A stretch of DNA of 61,942 nucleotides, the filler included. It is 6 parts of 6 records of this genome, joined end to end, with 100 filler letters (N's around TTAATTAATTAA, not from the genome) between each part and the next. Parts side by side here need not be neighbours in the genome. Positions count along the whole stretch, not along the records: positions 53,460 to 61,942 come from SRR31156797_15057; 5 more parts are not named here. The stretch is one strand, 5' to 3'. Positions 59,140 through 61,942 of this stretch are shown one piece after another; within the stretch, counting starts at the first letter, position 1; every line of letters starts with the position of its first letter. Below the pieces are notes generated by a model, which had not been told where the DNA came from, made no database searches, and worked only from the letters and a program-made list of their open reading frames with translations. The position numbers and the translations under genes are program-made.

Positions 59140-59153
59140 TTAACATATGTTAA
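59140..59153. promoter_or_regulatory. Putative enhancer (bEBP UAS) TTAACA-TA-TGTTAA
   Basis: Perfect 14-bp palindrome 93 nt upstream of the -24 element, with extra GTTAA half-sites nearby (59121-59134). Confidence 0.75.
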
Positions 59154-59204
59154 CCATAAACCGTTAATCTCAAAAGCGCAATAAAATTCTTATAATCAAT
59201 AGAA

Positions 59205-59217
59205 AATCAAGTGTTTA
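59205..59217 (+). promoter_or_regulatory. IHF binding site
   Basis: AATCAA-GTGT-TTA is an exact WATCAANNNNTTR match, located between the UAS and the sigma54 promoter. Confidence 0.65.
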
Positions 59218-59245
59218 CACTAAACTCCATCCTCTATGGAATTCT

Positions 59246-59261
59246 TGGCACTGCATTTGCA
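59246..59261 (+). promoter_or_regulatory. sigma54 -24/-12 promoter of the tusA-tusA-dsrE-rhodanese operon
   Basis: TGGCAC-TGCAT-TTGCA, a perfect consensus. Confidence 0.85.
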
Positions 59262-59290
59262 TCCTTTAGAAAACAAAACATCTTCATGGC

Positions 59291-59542
59291 ATGGGTCAAA
59301 GTGTGAAAAATGAGTACCAAATCGACAGGGTTCTGGACTTGAAGGGGTGGAGTAGCACCTGGTGCATCGTCAAAGCCAGGAGTTGGCTCAATCGTATGGA
59401 ACCGGGGCAGATTTTGGAACTGCTCGGTACCGATGGGGAAACCCTGAAGAATTTCCCTTCCATTTTGAGGAATGGGAAAGACAGAATTGTTGAAGTTAAA
59501 AAGTATCCTGACCATCACCGACTGTTGATCCGTCGTGGGTAA
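59291..59542 (+). CDS. Atypical TusA/SirA-like protein lacking CPxP
   Basis: LDLKGWSSTWCIVKAR...MEPGQILELLGTD...IRRG TusA fold. Confidence 0.75.
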   Translation: MGQSVKNEYQIDRVLDLKGWSSTWCIVKARSWLNRMEPGQILELLGTDGETLKNFPSILRNGKDRIVEVKKYPDHHRLLIRRG

Positions 59543-59601
59543 AAAGGGGATCGCCTCACATCAGGCGGAAAAAAATGAAGAACATTTAGGGAGGGTAACC
59601 A

Positions 59602-59856
59602 ATGGAAGAAGTGGATCTTAGCAGCATTCAAGCGGATAATGTGGTGGACGCAAGGGGAGTCTCCTGCCCCGGGCCTTTGCTGAAAGCCAAAAAGGGGATG
59701 GGAAATGTTCAGGTGGGAGAGATTCTGGAGATCATGTCCAATGATCCGGGGAGCAGAAACGACATCCCCAGATGGGCAAAGAAAGTGGGCCATGAATATA
59801 TCGGATCCCTGGACCTGGACGGTGCGGACCGCTTTTTTATCAAACGTGGGAAATAA
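59602..59856 (+). CDS. tusA: Sulfurtransferase TusA family protein
   Basis: VDARGVSCPGPLL, GEILEIMSNDPGS, DIPRWA...GH. Confidence 0.92.
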   Translation: MEEVDLSSIQADNVVDARGVSCPGPLLKAKKGMGNVQVGEILEIMSNDPGSRNDIPRWAKKVGHEYIGSLDLDGADRFFIKRGK

Positions 59857-59960
59857 ACATAAAACCGATGGTGCTTTAGGAAGATCTCCCCGTGTCTTTA
59901 GAAAAGGTTGGCAAACGGATGCACCTTATGAAAACATCTTTAATTGGATAAGGGGGAATA

Positions 59961-60335
59961 ATGGCGGAAGAAAAAGCCGAAAAAATCGTTTATATTTCTA
60001 CCCATGGTGCCGAAGATCCTGAGCGGGCGAGCCTCCCCTTTGTGCTGGCCAATGCAGCACTGGTCATGGAAGTGGAAGCCGTGGTGGCACTTCAGGGGGC
60101 TTCCGTTTTTCTGGCGAAAAAAGGGATGCTGGAACATGTGCATTCAGCCGGTTTTGCACCACTCAAAGAACTGGTGGAATCTTTCCTGGAGCTGGGCGGT
60201 CGGCTCCTGGTATGCGTACCCTGCATTCAGGAGAGAAAAATCGATGTGGAGGATCTCATTGAAAACGCATTCCCCACAGCCGGAGGCGCCTTGACGGAAG
60301 AGTTCTTAAGCGCCAACGCCACCCTGGTATATTAG
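59961..60335 (+). CDS. DsrE family protein
   Basis: THGAEDPERASLPFVLANAA, GGRLLVCVPCIQER (CxxC). Confidence 0.88.
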   Translation: MAEEKAEKIVYISTHGAEDPERASLPFVLANAALVMEVEAVVALQGASVFLAKKGMLEHVHSAGFAPLKELVESFLELGGRLLVCVPCIQERKIDVEDLIENAFPTAGGALTEEFLSANATLVY

Positions 60336-60440
60336 AGCCGTCAATGGACGGTGCCTAATTAAGAGGTGCATGGGAAATCGAAACGGAAATCCCTGGGATG
60401 AAATTCCTCCCAGGGTTTCCATAAAACGGAGGATAAGCAT

Positions 60441-61757
60441 ATGAAAAAGATAAAGCGGGTACCGGCCTTAACAGTTTTAACGGCGGTATTATTCGCCTTT
60501 TCCCTGATGTTTATGGGTCAGACCTTTGCCGCTGAAAAAGGCGGGGACCTGAAAGTCAAGGGACAGGTAAAAGCGGTCTCCAACAAAGCCAAGACCCTTT
60601 CCATTAATGTGAAGGGCAAGGGTCAGATGCTGTTTAAATTCAACGACAATACGAAATTTATCAACTTTACGAAAACAAAAGAAATCAAATACCCTACCGC
60701 CGTGGTGGTCAAATACAAAATCGAAGGGCCTGACAATGTGGCGCAATCCATCAAAAAAGCCCTGATTTCACTTCCCAAGGGCGTCAGCGAAATCAAAACC
60801 GATGAAGTGGCGGCACTGGTGGCGCAGGGACCCGAAGCGGGCAACTATTTTCTGGTTGACGCCAGACCCGCCACTGTCTCCTCCGCCTCCCATATCCCCA
60901 CCGCCGTCTCCATTCCCGTTCCGGTGTTGAAGAAGAAAGGAAAGGAGCTGCTGCCGGCGGACAAAAGCAAGCTGCTTATCTTTTATTGCGGGGGCCCCAC
61001 ATGAGGCATGAGTCCTAAATCCGCCGGTCTGGCGAAAAAATGGGGCTACGAAAATGTGAAAGTCTATGTGCAGGGGATTCCCGGCTGGAAAAAAACAGGT
61101 TACCACACCGTTTCCACATCCGATTACGTGAGAACCGGCAACATTGTATTGATTGATTTGAGAGCACCTGCTGCTGTAACCGCCGGGCATATTCCCAGGG
61201 CCGTGGCTATTCCCGCCGGACAACTTGAAGGGTCACAGGATCAGTTTCCCGAATCCCTCACCGCACCCATCGTCTTTTACTCCGATAACATTGAGGAGGC
61301 CAAGGAAGCCGTGAAAAAAGCCCGAAGCTGGCGTTATAAAAACGTGACCCTGCTGGACTTTCCCGGCATCATTACCTGGAAGGAAAGAGGGTATGACGTC
61401 AAAACCGGTCCCGCCGCAACGGAAATTGTTTATGTGCGTAAACTGGAACCGGGACAGATCAGCATCGCCGATTTTGAAGCGGCCCTCAAATCGGAAGCCA
61501 TTACGGTGGTGGATGTTCGTGGACCGGAAGAGTACAAAGCCGGACATTTTCCGGGGGCCGTCAATATCTCCCTGGACGAACTGCCCACCCGGCTGGGCGA
61601 CATTCCCAGCAATAAGTTCGTGGTGGTCCATTGCCGAACCGGCGTTCGAGGGGAAATGGCCTATCTGCTGTTGAAAGAAAAAGGGTATGACGTGAAATAC
61701 CTGAAAGCCGGATGTCAGTGCAAAGCGGACGGCACTTACATGATCTGGGAAATGTAA
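60441..61757 (+). CDS. Secreted multi-rhodanese selenoprotein (438 aa, Sec at 61002-61004)
   Basis: ORFs 60441-61004 and 61008-61757 share one frame, joined by a single TGA in FYCGGPT-U-GMS inside rhodanese domain 1; SECIS-like hairpin follows. Signal peptide, beta-rich N-domain, three rhodanese domains (VDARP, IDLRA, VDVRG...HCRTGVR). Confidence 0.85.
61011..61047 (+). promoter_or_regulatory. Bacterial SECIS element
   Basis: Lower stem AGUCCUA/UGGGGCU, upper stem CGCC/GGCG, apical loop GGUCU starting 22 nt after the UGA; similar to the E. coli fdhF SECIS loop. Confidence 0.75.
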
Positions 61758-61784
61758 CATTTAAAAAAATTGGCATGCAATTCA

Positions 61785-61815
61785 CCCCCGCCTTGACAAG
61801 GCGGGGGATTTTTTT
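61785..61815 (+). terminator. Intrinsic terminator after the rhodanese gene
   Basis: CCCCCGCCTTG-A-CAAGGCGGGGG followed by ATTTTTTT. Confidence 0.75.
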
Positions 61816-61872
61816 CATCATACGCGCCAGGGCTTTTTGGGGAAATTCCAGCAACCACCAGGGGGAATCAAT

Positions 61873-61942
61873 ATGACGGAAGAAAAGGAAACAAGCGTGA
61901 TGGGGGATATCGTGAAGCGCGCTTATGCCGCTGTTTTCTACG
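61873..61942 (+). CDS. Start of an unidentified ORF (MTEEKETSVMGDIVKRAYAAVFY...), truncated
   Basis: AGGGGG SD plus ATG; open to the window end. A YeeE/YedE transporter would fit the context but cannot be shown. Confidence 0.45.
   Translation, partial: MTEEKETSVMGDIVKRAYAAVFY

Noticed and set aside
60385-60420. Hairpin between dsrE and the rhodanese gene
   Set aside because: No U-tract; may stabilise mRNA, but nothing supports a riboswitch or terminator call.
61771-61786. TGGCAT-GCAAT-TCAC as a fourth sigma54 promoter
   Set aside because: Lacks the essential -12 GC at the correct spacing.
1-61942. CRISPR arrays, tRNA/rRNA genes, transposases, integrases, phage genes
   Set aside because: None recognised by eye; tRNAscan-SE, Rfam and CRISPR finders would be needed to exclude them formally.

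Overview
This window is not one locus. It holds six unrelated contigs joined by 100-nt artificial spacers (N44-TTAATTAATTAA-N44 at 8721, 24069, 31655, 37770, 53360), so no gene neighbourhood can be read across spacers. Taxonomic labels below are inferred from gene content and composition only. (1) 1-8720, AT-rich Bacteroidota-like: hemW, PAS hybrid kinase, SDR-type threonine dehydrogenase, DUF151, nucleoside permease, L,D-transpeptidase-like. (2) 8821-24068, Methanosarcinaceae-like archaeon: gatE, polyferredoxin, HdrA-MvhD fusion, hcp, FTR, fwdGBD, a disrupted Tes/MJ0619-like radical SAM gene, and an intergenic array of three related promoters with probable sRNAs. (3) 24169-31654, Desulfovibrionaceae-like: GNAT/deacetylase/radical SAM/glycosyltransferase cluster plus palindromic repeats. 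(4) 31755-37769, alphaproteobacterial housekeeping: acpS-pdxJ-DUF2062-spoT-rpoZ, folK, NYN, UDG. (5) 37870-53359, Spirochaeta-like: an uncharacterised TTT-transporter catabolic cluster with a visible three-site operator. (6) 53460-61942, Desulfobacterota-like: purH-like, efp, epmA, then the best candidate novel system. This is a sigma54-controlled sulfur/selenium-trafficking regulon: a Cys-rich-PAS enhancer-binding protein, two copies of a TTAACA-N2-TGTTAA enhancer, three -24/-12 promoters and an IHF site. It appears to drive a DsrEFH-like triad (one gene missed by the ORF track), two TusA proteins and a DsrE. It also drives a secreted three-rhodanese selenoprotein (in-frame UGA plus SECIS) that the ORF track splits in two, and an unannotated ~110-nt minus-strand sRNA with anti-Shine-Dalgarno seeds.
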